DNA of 64,000 nucleotides from Selaginella moellendorffii (taxonomy: Eukaryota; Plantae; Lycopodiophyta), in assembly GCF_000143415.4 (NCBI RefSeq), contig NW_003314295.1:1470558-1534557 (forward strand), given 5' to 3'. Below are positions 1 through 12,858 of the stretch, in pieces. How positions within the stretch are numbered: position 1 is the stretch's first letter; every line of letters begins with the position of its first letter. The notes beneath the pieces are model-generated. The model saw only the letters and a list, made by a program, of their open reading frames with translations, had not been told where the DNA came from and did no database searches. The position numbers were made by a program, and so were the translations under genes.

Positions 1-791
1 TCGGTCCCAAATGCTATTTATGGAAAGTGTCTAAATTTGCTCATTTGGCATATCTACGGAATGTAGAGATTGTCTTGAACACAATAGTGTTCGTCCCATG
101 TCCAAATTCGCAATCTAGTGCTATTCCATATTTAGTAAGTTTTAAGCTTGTCCCAAAGACTAACTTCTGATACTAAGGGAGGCTTGGGGTGAAAGCCCAA
201 AACGTGTGTTCCTCAAGGGAAGGGGGGGGGGGGGGGTTATAGGGGGTTCCAAATGTATAGTAGGGATAGGGGGTAGGTCGGGCATGGCTGACCAACCTGA
301 GGCATAGTTTAGCTCTCGTTTGCGTGTCTGTCCTTGTTCTGCATTTGGCTTGGGTCTAAGCGTAAGTTCCATTCCATGCTAGCTGGTAGAGTACCTAAAT
401 CCTTGCATTAGGCCACCGGTATGCCGAAATAGTGCCAGACTCCGTTTGGCTCCGTTTTACATGCTGGTCCTGGCATTGGGATGTTGGTTGCTCTAGGACT
501 GTTCCAAGTTGCTCCGGGCTCCTATCCCTTCGCTCTTTGGGCTGTATGCTCGGGAGTTGCTCTATGGTCCGGTTTCATCACTCCTTGGCTCCATGCTTCG
601 GAGTTTGGCACCGTTCCTTCATTTAGTGGCCCAAGGCCTTGAACCTCAGTTCCACACCACTGTCCTTTGAACATGTGGCATATGACATGTGGCATGTGTC
701 ACGTGGCATAAAGAGGGTTTAGGTTCCACTTCATGGTGTTATCCTATGGTAAATCCCTATAGAATAAAGGGTCAAAACCACGTGCGCTATA
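1..791 (+). repeat. Family-B LTR (partial), putative 5' LTR
   Basis: Near-identical to the corresponding parts of 2887-4034 and 30076-31228; ends ...gcgctata (CA end mutated), followed by a PBS-like sequence. Confidence 0.85.
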
Positions 792-2886
792 TTTGGTATT
801 AAAGGATACTTCTCAACGAGTACTATTCAATGAGATTGGGCAACTAGTCTCATTGCATACGCAGAGATGAAAACGATGATCCGAGTGGGTATACGTTTGG
901 GTGCAAAAGGCTTTACAATCGTTCCTTGGGTATGGATTTGGTTAGCTTGTTGTACCATGATGATGTGAGCTTGCTCTTGGGCTCATAGGATGGATTTGAG
1001 ATGTTCCGTTCACACAAGTTTGCGTTTGGGCTCGTGAGTGAGGCACATTAACAACTAAAGGTTACACTTTGAGTTGGCAGGATTAATGTTAGCCTATCAA
1101 TGGTTCCATGAGTTGTTCCATGTACCATGGGTAAAAGCAAACCTTCCCTGAGTTTACTATGAGTGGCAAATAGGATGGTCCGTAGCTGTTTAGCACGGCA
1201 CTAGTGGATCCTTCCTAGGCATGATTATAAGTGGATCAATTAAGATTGTAAGGAATAATCTATTGGTTCAAGCAGTCATTGCCATGCTCTCTCATAAACT
1301 TTTCTTGGGTTGGACTAAAGGCAATGTGAAAGTAAGCTTGAGGTTTGGTCAAAGATGAGACCGAAAAGAGAGTCATTAGGGACGAATGATCAAACACGTA
1401 AATCATCTTCCCTTTTTGGAAAGATGATTTGCAACGAGGTGTTAACTCATTGCTCGTGTTCATATATTATGCCATCAAGAGTCCCTATCTTGATGCATTT
1501 TGGAGATGATGGTTTTACAAATGATGAGTTTATGGGGTGGATAGTGGTGAAGCGCTAAACCATTTTATCTAAACTTGCTATTGGAAGACTTAGGTTGCAA
1601 TGCTCAATTCTTTTCTAGAAAAATCTTGCTATTGCTCCTTGAGTGGCTTGGTGTTGGATTAGTTTTGAGTTTGGTTAGAAAAAGAGTGGTATGAGTTTAT
1701 CCATGTTGTGAATAAAAGTTAGTGGTGTTGGGTGTTATAAATCTCTATCAGTGGAGTGGTAATGCGAAAAGCTATAAGCCATTAAAGAGAACAACTAACT
1801 ATCATGAAAGATCATCAATCATCCCATCAATAAAGAGATGTATAATCATCATCGAAGAAAGAATCTACCATCCCATAAAATGGCAAATCATTCTATATTA
1901 ATAATAATCAAGCAAAACTCTTGACAAGGATAATCAACTATCTTAGATGATAGTCAATCATCACCAATGATTGCCAGATACAAATACTAACTTCAATATT
2001 GAAGTTAACAAGTTAAAATGCCTTCCCCAATAACTTTTAACAAATGAAACAATGAATATAAAACTCAAAAAACCAAAAGCTTGAAGAAGTCTATAGCCAA
2101 GTCTTGCTTAGTAATGATCATAAGTCTCGCATGAAATAACTTTAATGTTAAAGAAGAAAATCATAGTATAACCCACAATATCCTCCTCAACACATCGATA
2201 AACTAAACTTCATAATACCAAAGCTAATGAAGAGCATGTTTGCATCAATCCAAAAGTTAAGCATAATGAAGCTATGCTCAACAAATGATTACCAAACGAT
2301 CCTCCAGAAATCCATCTATAGCAAAACGTAACTTACTTCATAGCAAATATAAGAAGAATCATCAATGATCAATATATCCTAACTCAAATCCTATAAGGAT
2401 TTAAACGTTTCAATATCGATCACTAACTCTTCCGCTTGTAGAGTTAGCATAGTCCACGACTGAATCACTTTTCAAGGAAAAGCCAAAACTTAACCCCTAC
2501 TAAATAATCTTGTCTAGAACACAACTAACTCAACTTGCTACTTAGTTCAGTTGAATGTCAATACAGTTGCTAACTAGCAAATGCATGAATGTCAGTAACA
2601 TAAAGCTACAGCCACATCCTCAACACTATCTTCATCAAGACTAATAAAACTTGCCATCAATCTTTCAGATAGACATCTCATTTCACTCAAATCTCAACAT
2701 CAACAATATTAATAACAAGGCATCATTTCAATGCTATCAACACCATAACAAAGCTAGAAGAAACAAGAGTGAATCACCACTCAAAACTCTCTATCAACTA
2801 AGCTAACCAAGGTTGAAGATACTTTACTCAACCAAGACTAATCCTCCAACAATACTTAGTTACAAATAACACATCATCAAGGAGTG

Positions 2887-4034
2887 TGTCGCGAATGTGA
2901 CTTCGGGTATCAAAAGTTACCTGTCGGCCAGTCTTTTCGGATATTCTTTCCTTACTGCCACGACGGTAGGAGATCGGTATTGCTGGACTTGTTATTAGTC
3001 TCCGCCTAAGCTAGTTGAGAAATTGGTCATCACATATGTACTTAGACCGAAAGGGCACTAAGGAAGGAAATCCTAAGTTGTCATTTAGTCAAGCATACTT
3101 GACATGGTGATGAGAAACTCATGATGTTGGCTTGCATTTGCTAGTGTTGGGAACCCCTGCGATATTGAGATTGGTCCCTCAATATTCGCTAAATGATAGT
3201 TTACCGTGTTTGCCAAACACTCTCACTATCATGCCCTTTGTGTTAATCTCATTTCGATCCCAAATGTTATTTATGGAAAGTGTCCAGATTTGCTCATTTG
3301 GCATATCTACGGAATGTAGAGATCGGCCTGAACACAATGGTGTTCGTCCCGTGTCCAAATTTGCAATCTAGCGCCATTCCATATTTAGTAGGTTTCGAGC
3401 TTGTCCCAGAGACTAACTCCTGATACTAAGGAAGGCTTGGGGTGAAAGCCCAAAGCGTGTGTTCCTCAAGGGGGGGGGTTATGGGGGGTTCCAAATGTAT
3501 AGTAGGGATAGTGGGTAGGTTGGGCATGGCTGACCAACCTGAGGCATAGTCTAGCTCCCGCTTGCGTGCTTGTCTTTGTTTTGCATCTAGCTTGGGTTTA
3601 AGCCCAAGTTCCATTCCATGCTAGCTGGTGGAGTACCCATGTCCTCGCGTTAGGCCACTGGTATGCCGAAATAGCGCCAAACTCCGTTTGGCTTCGTTTT
3701 GCATGTTGGTTCTGATATTGGGATGCTGGTTACTCTAGGATTGTTCCAAGTCGCTTCAGGCTCCTGTCCCTTCGCTCCTTGGGCTATACACTCGGGAATT
3801 GCTCTATGGTTCGGTTCCATCACTCCTTGGCTCCACGCTTGGAAGTTTGGCACCATTCCTTTGTTTAGTGGCCCTAGGCCCTAAACCTCAGGTTCCACAC
3901 CACGTTTCTTTGGACACGTGGCATGTGACACATGGCATCTGTCACGTGGCATAAAGAGGGTTTGGGTTCCACTTCGTGGTGTTATCCTATAGTAAATCAT
4001 CATAGGATAAAGGGTCAAAACCACATGCGCTACA
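2887..4034 (+). mobile_element. Solo LTR of family B
   Basis: TGTCGCG...GCGCTACA termini flanked by a perfect 5-bp TSD GAGTG (2882-2886 and 4035-4039). Confidence 0.92.
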
Positions 4035-5987
4035 GAGTGATTCACCACATCCAAGACTCAATGAAATCCAACACCACAAACTAAATACAACCAAATGATA
4101 TTAATAGAGGTAGAGTCGATATGCCAACAAAGAAAACCCATGTAAATCTAACAACACGACCCTCCACAACACCATCCAGTAAAACAAACCCATCACTACT
4201 AAATCACCATCGAGTCAAGTAAGTGTTAAAAGTCCTTGACGAAGTCTACAAGTAATCATTAGTTGCAAAGTAACTAACAATCACTCTTCAACTTGCCTTC
4301 ACAAGACCCAAACACTAAACTCTTGCCATTGAGTCATATACTTGTCCAACATTGTAACGCATGTGATCATGGGATGAGATTTGGATATACTGTCACCGTG
4401 GATCCTTGGAACCTTGGGGGATAAATGGGGATAAAATAACCACTAAGAGCTCTCTCATCAAGCAATTGCTCTTTTTTCAGTTGGCTTAAGGGGAGAGAGA
4501 TAAAATGGGCTATAAACATGAATGTAATACCCCAAGCATGAGATAAAGGTTTATGGACAAACACAAACTAAATAACTACTCGAATTCAACTCAACTATAA
4601 TAAGCTCACTAACACATCTAGTCAATAGCTCCAAGCATGCCTTGGCTATACATGATCAACACTGAGTTAAAATTAAAGTGAAGACCACGAGATGGATTCA
4701 TATTGGTACACAACCTCCTTATAGACAAGCCATAGTATGGGTACCAACATCTCAACCTTAAACAACTAAGTTGGACATCACCATCCTTAGCTAGGGTGCA
4801 GGGCCACCAAGACCAAGTCAACATCAGTGAGAGTTCACTACTCTCATAGAGTCTTAACGAAATGCAAGGTGCAACCTGCTACCAAGCAGAACACTATAAA
4901 AGAAAGGCATAAGGGTCACCTTTCTTAAAAAAGCGCAATAGCCACTTTTCTACATAAACTCCAGACTCTATCCAACTCAATTACCTTAGCTCCAAAAGTC
5001 AGCATCCCTTTCGGGTTGTATCATACAAACTACTTATTAAGGTTTTAAGCCAACCGAAGTCAACTCCAACCCCTTCACTAGTTTGTATTAACTTACGAAA
5101 ACGAAATGGTTTTCGGATAAAGTGATCAATAGATCAGCCATTGGAAAAGCCTAAGAAAATTTGTGGAAAATTTTCTATCCTAGAGAAAGAATAACTTTTA
5201 GTCCAGAAATACAAACTTCCAAGACTCAACAAACTTCCTCCTACTTACAATTTCACATAGATTCACCTCAACACCAATTCTCATGACCCATAGTATGTTT
5301 AAGCTTTGAACATTTTTTTGCCCATACTTCCGACATCTAACACCAACATCCGCAAACATAAAAATGAACATCCAAGGCTTGATCACGAAGACCACTTCTT
5401 CGGATATCCATATTGCATTAACACTCTTTTTCAGTCACCTTCAAGATACAATGTGAAGCCAAAACACTAATAAGAAAAATGACATGGAAAATCAAGTTTC
5501 AAAGAAAATTCCTCATCACTTGAACAACAATGCCACTTCCACTAACATAAGTGCTAGTGATGTCAATGCCTCAACTACACACCTTCTCCGTCCAATAATC
5601 TACTTCAAGTGCTAACGAAACAACCGACAAGCCATAGCAAGTGAATGCTATAACCCTTTCCAACACCTTATAGGCCAATTCTCAAGGAAACAACGTACCA
5701 ACTTAAGCTTAGCATAATGGACCACCATCGAAAATCTAATCAAAGCTACTACAATGCTACTACATGCAAGTAAACTAGCTTCACTATTAACCACTTTGGG
5801 GTTGATCATCGTTTGACCAAGCAACTTCGTAAACACATTGCTCATTATCACATGGATATGATATAGAAATCACAATGACTTGATCATCAATTGAGCAACA
5901 CCACGAGCGATGTCTATGTCGTTTCTTCAAAGGTTTATATGAGTATCAAGTGCAAACTCGATTCGACAAAAATGCCATACATATACT

Positions 5988-7084
5988 TGTAAACTACAAA
6001 TTTTTTCTTTCCAATTTTCCAGCTTACCTCGTCTATCCGTCCAACACTGCCTTGGCTTTTGCTAAGTTCCCTTACCAAAGTTCCTGCATATGGTACTAGC
6101 TCCTACTTGGTTTCAGCTACTCACTACACGAGCAATAGAGTGTTAGCCATCCATCCACGGATTCCCAAATCTCTCTCAATCCCCCTCCCCAGGTTAGGCT
6201 GGACTTAAGGTTCGGCTACACTCCCCACAAGCACAAGCAGCTAAGCACACCAAGCTTCCAGGTTCCTAACATCCCTTGGTACCATAAGACTTGATCATGG
6301 GACCCTCTAAATCCCAAGTCTCGGGTACAACCCTTGCTTCAGGACGCCAGGGCGAAACACCGTGGCATAACGGCCCGGTATGGGTACCTCTACCCCCCCA
6401 CTTTCATCCCGAAGGGAAGGTCCAAGCCCCTAGGAAGGGCGAGGACCAATGAGCCGCATGGTACTCAAGTGGGGCACCACTCCACATGAGTCGGGAGCAC
6501 CACAGTCGGTTTCCCTTTCGGGAGTGGGAGCTACTCTTGAGCACTTCCTGGGATGGCCCCTCCAGCACCAACCAAGTCCATGCTCACTTCCACCCAAGGC
6601 CCCTCGGTCCCAGTCCCAACCTCAAGTCAGTTTGGAAGCCCCATTGAAGAGTTCCTTCAAAACTGGTTCTTGGACCTCACTATCCCTACTATACTTTTGG
6701 AACCCCCTACAGCCCCCCCCCCCCCCCCCCCTGGGAGACGCACGCTTTGGGTTTTCACCCCTTGACCTGTATTAGTACTCGGACTTAGTCTCTAGCTCGA
6801 TCTCTGGCTCGATCTCGGACTCGATCTTGGATCTGACTTCGGATTCGGTCTCGGACTCAATCTCGGACCTGATCTCGGACCCGATTTTGGATCTTGGACT
6901 CGGTCTCGAACTCGGTCTCCGAGTTGGTCTTGGACTCGATTCCGGACTCTATCTCAAACTCAGTCTTAGAGTTGGTTTTGGACTCGATCTTAGACTTGGT
7001 CCCATCCGATGAACTCTTTATCATTTTGGTCATGCTTTCGGGGCTCCTTTAGCCTACGACACCTCGGCGAGTTAGTTCCTTACA
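5988..7084 (-). repeat. Gypsy family-A 3' LTR
   Basis: Direct repeat of 27830-29002. Next to the PPT (actccaccaccc, 7085-7096; gggtggtggagt on the minus strand). Contains a poly-C tract and ctcgga/gatctc-type short tandem repeats. Confidence 0.93.
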
Positions 7085-7274
7085 ACTCCACCACCCATAG
7101 AAGAAGTTCGATGCCCATATCGAACGTCTCTTTTTTATCCTACGACTTGTTGACCATGTCTTCGGGGGCATCCCCCCACTTAACGGTGTGCCTAAGTTAG
7201 CCTCCCCGGCCAAGAGCCCATGACAACGGAATATAGATGTCCCTATACTCCTCACCTCACCACGCCCTAGTATG

Positions 7275-7868
7275 TGTAAGCTCCTGAGTTTAGACTTCCT
7301 GAGAGGTCACCCAGCCCAGTACTATTCAAACCCAAGGACGCTTAACCCCAAGTATCCCAAGACCCTTAACCGATTGGAAAAGGGGGTGCACTCTTGTTCA
7401 TGGGCCCTTTCCCTCTATATTTGAACCCTAACGGATCGTCTCTCAAGTCGTTCCCTTTGGTTGCTTACAATCCACCACGCTTCCCTGCAAGTTCACGCCC
7501 TCGTGAATGGAAGCTGAGAGCCGCAGCTCTCCCGAGAGCCCCGCTCTCTTGACACCCTACCCCTCGGGTCGAGCTCAGCGGGAGCAAACTGGACCAGCCA
7601 GATGTCAATCAACATGTGGTGCGATTCCCTTAGTCAACCAACAGAGTCGGACCCGAAACCTCTCTGATACCAATGTAAGCTCTTGAGTTTAGACTTCCTG
7701 AGAGGTCACCCAACCCAATACTATTCAAACCCAAGGACGCTTAACCCCAAGTATCCCAAGACCCTTAACTGATTGGAAAAGGGGGTGCACTCTTGTTCAT
7801 GGGCCCTTTCCCTCTATATTTGAACCCTAACGGATCGTCTCTCAAGTCGTTCCCTTTGGTTGCTTACA
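7275..7868 (-). mobile_element. TRIM (terminal-repeat retrotransposon in miniature) inserted in the Gypsy 3' region
   Basis: Two 195-bp LTRs (7275-7469, 7674-7868; TGTAAG...CTTACA) differing at 4 positions; ~200-bp non-coding interior with PBS (ctctgatacca) and PPT-like tract (tccaccacgcttccc); TSD GTATG at 7270-7274 and 7869-7873. Confidence 0.93.
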
Positions 7869-9040
7869 GTATGGGGTCGGGACTTGAACCCAGCCTTGCT
7901 TTATTAGGGGGTTGGGACTTGAACCCTGAACCCAACCTCCATAGAATATGTTTACGGATTCGACATCCCCGCAGGGAGTCGGGCGTAGTTCTCTACGCCT
8001 GGTCGACCTAGCTAACCCATGCTAATTAGCTTACCTTCGGCGCGCTGTAAGCGACTAAATTTTCCATTCTACTTTAGTCACTTAACCACACCTCTGACCA
8101 CTTGGAGGAGTCTCATTCACAACCTCCATAAGTCCAATCCAGGACTTGGGACTTGCTAGCCCCGAGAATGGCATCCATGCTACTCAACATTTGCACTTGG
8201 TCCAAGTGCTCCACATGTCCGATCCCATGACCGACACTCAAAGGTACCACCGACATAGCAGCCCGTTACGCTAAGGCCATGCCCAATCACCTTTGCCACA
8301 CTGGTAGTCCAATACCACTTGCATCACCGTCTTGGCTCTCCAAGACTAGGCAAACCATCTGTGAGTGGTCATCTCAGATCCACTCCTTAGCATCCTTAGG
8401 ATGCCCACCGACAAGGGCAATAGCCTTCCCCAATATCCCTCTGTCAGTCCCCACTAAGTCCCTTTCTGCCCCTGGCCGTGTTTGCCAACACTGCCACTGG
8501 ATCGAGACCCACAGGCCCGACCACTAAGTCCCACGGTCCTCTGGGACTTCCTCACCACACGACTGTGTCCTTGGTCACTACCCCAGAGGACTGCTCCTCT
8601 TCCTTTCCATAGTTTGGGCCTTTGGGACAACATTTCGGAACACCGTGGCCTTACGCGAGCCACCTGGGTACTCTCCCCACCTTTCGCCTTTAGGTGCTCT
8701 AGCCATGGGCTTAGAGCGAGGTTCCGTTGAGCCACGCCTGGTATCCAAGTAGGTAGTGCCACCCACACTTGGACTGGGAGCATCGGCCAGTCGATCTCCC
8801 GGGGGAACTAGAGCCGGCTCTTGAACACTTCACCAAGCTACCCCACTTGTCGGTCTGTGTTCACTCTAGTCTTGGACTTCCCAGTGGGCAGCTCATCACC
8901 CAACACTGGGTCCGGCCTTCCTGGGCCAAACTGGCCTTTCCTGGCCAAACTGGCTCCACTGCAGTCCTCCCCCTACTATACTTTTGGAGCTCACCAAACC
9001 CCCCAGGGTCTGGGAGACGAACGCTTTGGGCTTTCACCCT

Positions 9041-9490
9041 CTCAGACTCGAACTCGGACTCGGACTCGGACTCGGACTCGGACTCGGACTCGGACTCGGG
9101 CTCGGGCTCGGGCTCGGTCTCGGCCTCGGCCTCGGCCTCGTTCTCGGTCCCGATCTCGGTCTCGGTCTCGGTCTCGGTCTTGGTCCCGGTCTCGGTCTCG
9201 ACTTCGGACTCCATCTCAGACTCCATCTCGGGTCCATCTCGGGTCCACCTCGAACTCCATCTCAGACTCCATCTCGGGTCCATCTCGGGTCCACCTCGGA
9301 CTCCATCTCGGACTCCATCTCGGACTCCACTTCGGACTCCAACTCGGGTCCATCTCGGACTCCACTTCGGACTCCAACTCGGGTCCATCTCGGACTCCAT
9401 CTCGGACTCCATCTCGGGTCCATCTCGGACTCCATCTCGGGTCCATCTCGGACTCCACTTCGGACTCCAACTCGAGTCCATCTCGGACAC
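9041..9490. repeat. Hexamer/12-mer tandem array (ctcgga, ctcggg, ctcggt, actccatctcgg) in the Gypsy 3' non-coding region
   Basis: Visible tandem repeats; they produce the low-complexity ORFs at 8769-9800 in several frames. Confidence 0.9.
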
Positions 9491-9773
9491 TTCCACGTGT
9501 CATGTGTTGGTCCTTTTGGGTCCCTTTTTGGAGCCTCGCTTTTTGCTCGCTTCGTGCTCGTTCCTCAAGCACTTCGTTGGGAGTTCCACTCCCGCTCTTG
9601 ACTTTTCAAGTCGGAGCTTTTGGTCCAAACGTGTTACGCTCGTTTGGCTCTCGCTTCAGCCACTACCATGTGGCACCCTTTCCGGCTCCACTTTGGGGCC
9701 TAGGGATTTTGTGTCTCACACGCGCCTTCGGGTCCCAACATATGCCATTGCTCAACTTCTCAAATTGATACTT

Positions 9774-12427
9774 TTAATTGAGCTTTGCATAAGTATATAG
9801 AGTTCTGCCTTGCAGAAATTCCTCCATTAGATCTCGCGCGTTCGGTAGGTTCTCCTCTGGTTCCCATGTTGCTTCGCAGTGTGGAAATCCTTTCCACTTC
9901 ACATGGAACTTTCTCACCTCGCGTCCTTGTCGCTTGCTCTTGCGCGCATTGAGGATGGCCTCGACTTTGTATTCCTCTTCCCCTTGGATAACCTCAGGTA
10001 AAGGTCTTACTTGGTCCTTGCAAAGCGGATCCTCAAAATACGGCTTGAGTAAGTTCACGTGGAACACGGGATGCATCTTCCCCATCTTTCGAGGAAGTCG
10101 GAGACGGTAAGCCACTTTACCGATTCGAGCCTCAATCTCGTAAGGCCCCGCGAACCTACTTAAGGAACTCAAGATCAATTCATTTATAGGAATACATGCA
10201 TTTTTACCTTTGGGTCAACTTCCAGCTAATCCCACTTGGTAGCCTGAGGTTCTTGGTGTTCAGCCACACCTTCTCCCTAGCTTGGAACTCTACATCCCGG
10301 CACTTCTAGTTTGCGTACTTAGTTTGCCTTTGTTGAGCTCATTCCAAGGAATCCCTCACTAGATTCCAGATGTTGAGTCTTTCCGCCGTGAATGCCTCCA
10401 CTGCGGGTAACTCTCCATGATACTCGGCCACGCCGAATTCCACAGGACCTTCAATAGCTCGCCCATTGATGACTTCCCATGGACTCACCCCGATGCTCGA
10501 ATATGGTGAGTTGTTATAACACATTTCCGCAAGTCCCAAATGACTTACCCAATCGGTTTAGTCTTTCGAGACATAGCATCGCAAATAATCCTCCAGCTAC
10601 CTATTCACCCTTTCCGTTTGTTCGTCTGTCAAGAAGTGTTAGTACCATCAATCTTGACTTAATACCCATTACCTGTCTGTGGGTGATAGGCTATGCTGAA
10701 TTTCAACTTGGTGCGATACTGTTCTAGGAGTGTCCTCTAGAACCTACTGGTGAAGATCTTATCTCGATCTGAGATAATCTTTTCCGGCCTCCCCCGCACT
10801 CAAACCACTTGTTCGAAAAACAGCTTCGCCACACCTTCCGCGTCCACTTCCGTTGTGGTGGGTATGAAATGTGCCATCTTCGAAAATCGATCCACCACCA
10901 CGAATATCGCATCGAACCCCTCGCTTGGGGGAAGTCCCGTGATGAAGTCCATCGTAAGACATTTTCACAGACGATCTGGAATTGGGATGCTTTGTAACAA
11001 GCCCCCACTAGCCTTAGTCACGGCTTTGACTTGCTGACATGTTGAACATGTCTTTACATAGTCTTGGACATCCTTAGCCATATCTGGCCAGTGGTACTTT
11101 CTCTTGAGTAAACCCATTGTTTTGGGCACTCCGCCGTGTCCCGCAAGAGGTCCGTCATGACACTCTTCTAAGGCTACCTTCCTTAGTTCCCCTTCTGGAA
11201 CATACACCCTCGTTTGCTTGTAATATATGAGTCCGTTGCGTTCCGCATAGCCCGTTTTCTCTTCCGTTGGCAGCTCACCTCTCTGGTGAGCTTCCTGTGC
11301 CTCTAGATTCCTCAGCAACACTTCTTGTGCTAGACCATCGTTCTCGTATGCGGTCCGCACATCATCCCAAAAGGTTGCCGTCACGCTAGATATAGCCAAC
11401 TTCAAGCTCGCTTTTCGACTTAGCGCATCTGCCACGATGTTGCTCTTCCCAGGCTTGTACAGAATCTCGCAATCAAACTCGGCCAAAGCATTGGCCCACC
11501 AACCTTGTTTTCCCCTCAAGTCGGGCTGTGACAAGAAGTGTTTCATTGCCACATTATCCGTGTAAACCTTGAAGTGTCTCCCAAGGTAGTGTTGCCACTC
11601 CTTGAGCGTTTTGACCACCGCAAACAATTCCTTCTCATGGGCAGGCCACTTCCGTTGAGCCTTGTCCAACTTCTTCGAGAAGAACGCTACTGGATGGTTG
11701 TCTTGCTTCAAAACTGCGCCCAACGCAAAGTCTGAAGCATCCGTTTTTACCTCAAAGTCTTTACCAAAGTCTAGTAACACCAACACGGGAGCCTTCCTCA
11801 ACTTCCCTTTGAGGTGGACGAATGCCGCCTCGCATTCCGCTGTCCATACCATCTTCCCTTTTCCCATTTGGTCTGTTAAGGGTAGGGCTACTCTCGAATA
11901 ATGTTTGATAAACTTTCGATAATAGTTGCATAGCTCCAGGAATGCCCTTAACTCATGTACATTCGATGGTCGCTCCCAATCCTGGATCACTTGGACCTTC
12001 TCAGGGTCCACCTTGAGCTCGTCCTTGCCCACCACATGCCCGAGAAACTTCACCTCTTGCTGAGCAAAGTCACATTTGCTCTCTTTAGCATACAGCTGGT
12101 GTTCCCTTAGTTTCTCAAACACCTTCGCCAAGTGTTTGGCATGCTCCTCTAGCGTTTCGCTATAGATCAAGATGTCGTCAATATAGATGACCACAAAGTG
12201 ATCCAGATAGGGTATAAAGATATGGTTCATCAACGCCGAAAACGTTGCCGGCGCATTGCATAGCCCGAAGGGCATCACCAGAAACTCGAAGCTCCCATAC
12301 CTCGTTCGACAGGTTGTCTTCTCGACATCTTCCTCTACTACCCTGATTTGGTAGTATCCTAACCTGAGGTTAATCCTCGAGAAGTATTTTGCCTTTCCCA
12401 ACCTATCGAACAAGTCCTCAATCCTTG
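9774..12427 (-). pseudogene. pol: Gypsy pol 3' part: RT, RNase H, integrase (frameshifted) and chromodomain
   Basis: RT motifs MPFGL.NAP and YIDDIL; RNase H TDASD and YTDN; integrase HHCC (H..PLAGH...CSTCQ) and GPY module; chromodomain YKVEAIL...FHVKWKGF...ATWEPEENL. The integrase core is split across frames. Confidence 0.93.
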
Positions 12428-12451
12428 AAGCTCTATTTCGTTAAAGTGGGA
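12428..12451 (+). repeat. Left TIR
   Basis: aagctctatttcgttaaagtggga; matches the reverse complement of 25625-25648 at 23 of 24 positions. Confidence 0.92.
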
Positions 12452-12858
12452 ATTGTCATTATCCCACTTGTAAAATAAGGTTTCCAAACCTTTATATAGT
12501 ATATAAATATAACAAAATTCAACTGCATTGAGGCACATGCCATTTTATTTTAAACAAGGAAATGTCTACTCAATCACTTCTCACTGCTTCACCTCTCTCT
12601 TCTCCTTGTCATCGTCGTCCAATTTCTTTCCATCCTTTTAATATTGGCTCAGTTGCTCCGAGTCTAGGTGGAGCCCAAGTCCCCATTCAATCTTTACTTT
12701 CCCCTTATTAATAAAACAACTTCGTAGACTTCCAATAACATGCTGTAACACTTCTAGTATAATGCAAATCCTCTCAAAGAATTGTCTTTTAATATTAATA
12801 CAATGGCATGGAACCCCATGCCATAATAAGTTACATTTTTAAATAAATACATGCCATC

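Noticed and set aside
160-7255. Many 60-110-aa ORFs in the LTRs and the decayed internal region (also 27669-28951 and 30297-30607)
   Set aside because: They fall within repeated LTR sequence, have no domains, and are not conserved between LTR copies.
8769-9800. Long ORFs with SD/SR/GL/SP dipeptide repeats (200-340 aa in several frames)
   Set aside because: They arise from stop-free hexamer tandem repeats that are open on both strands; not credible genes.
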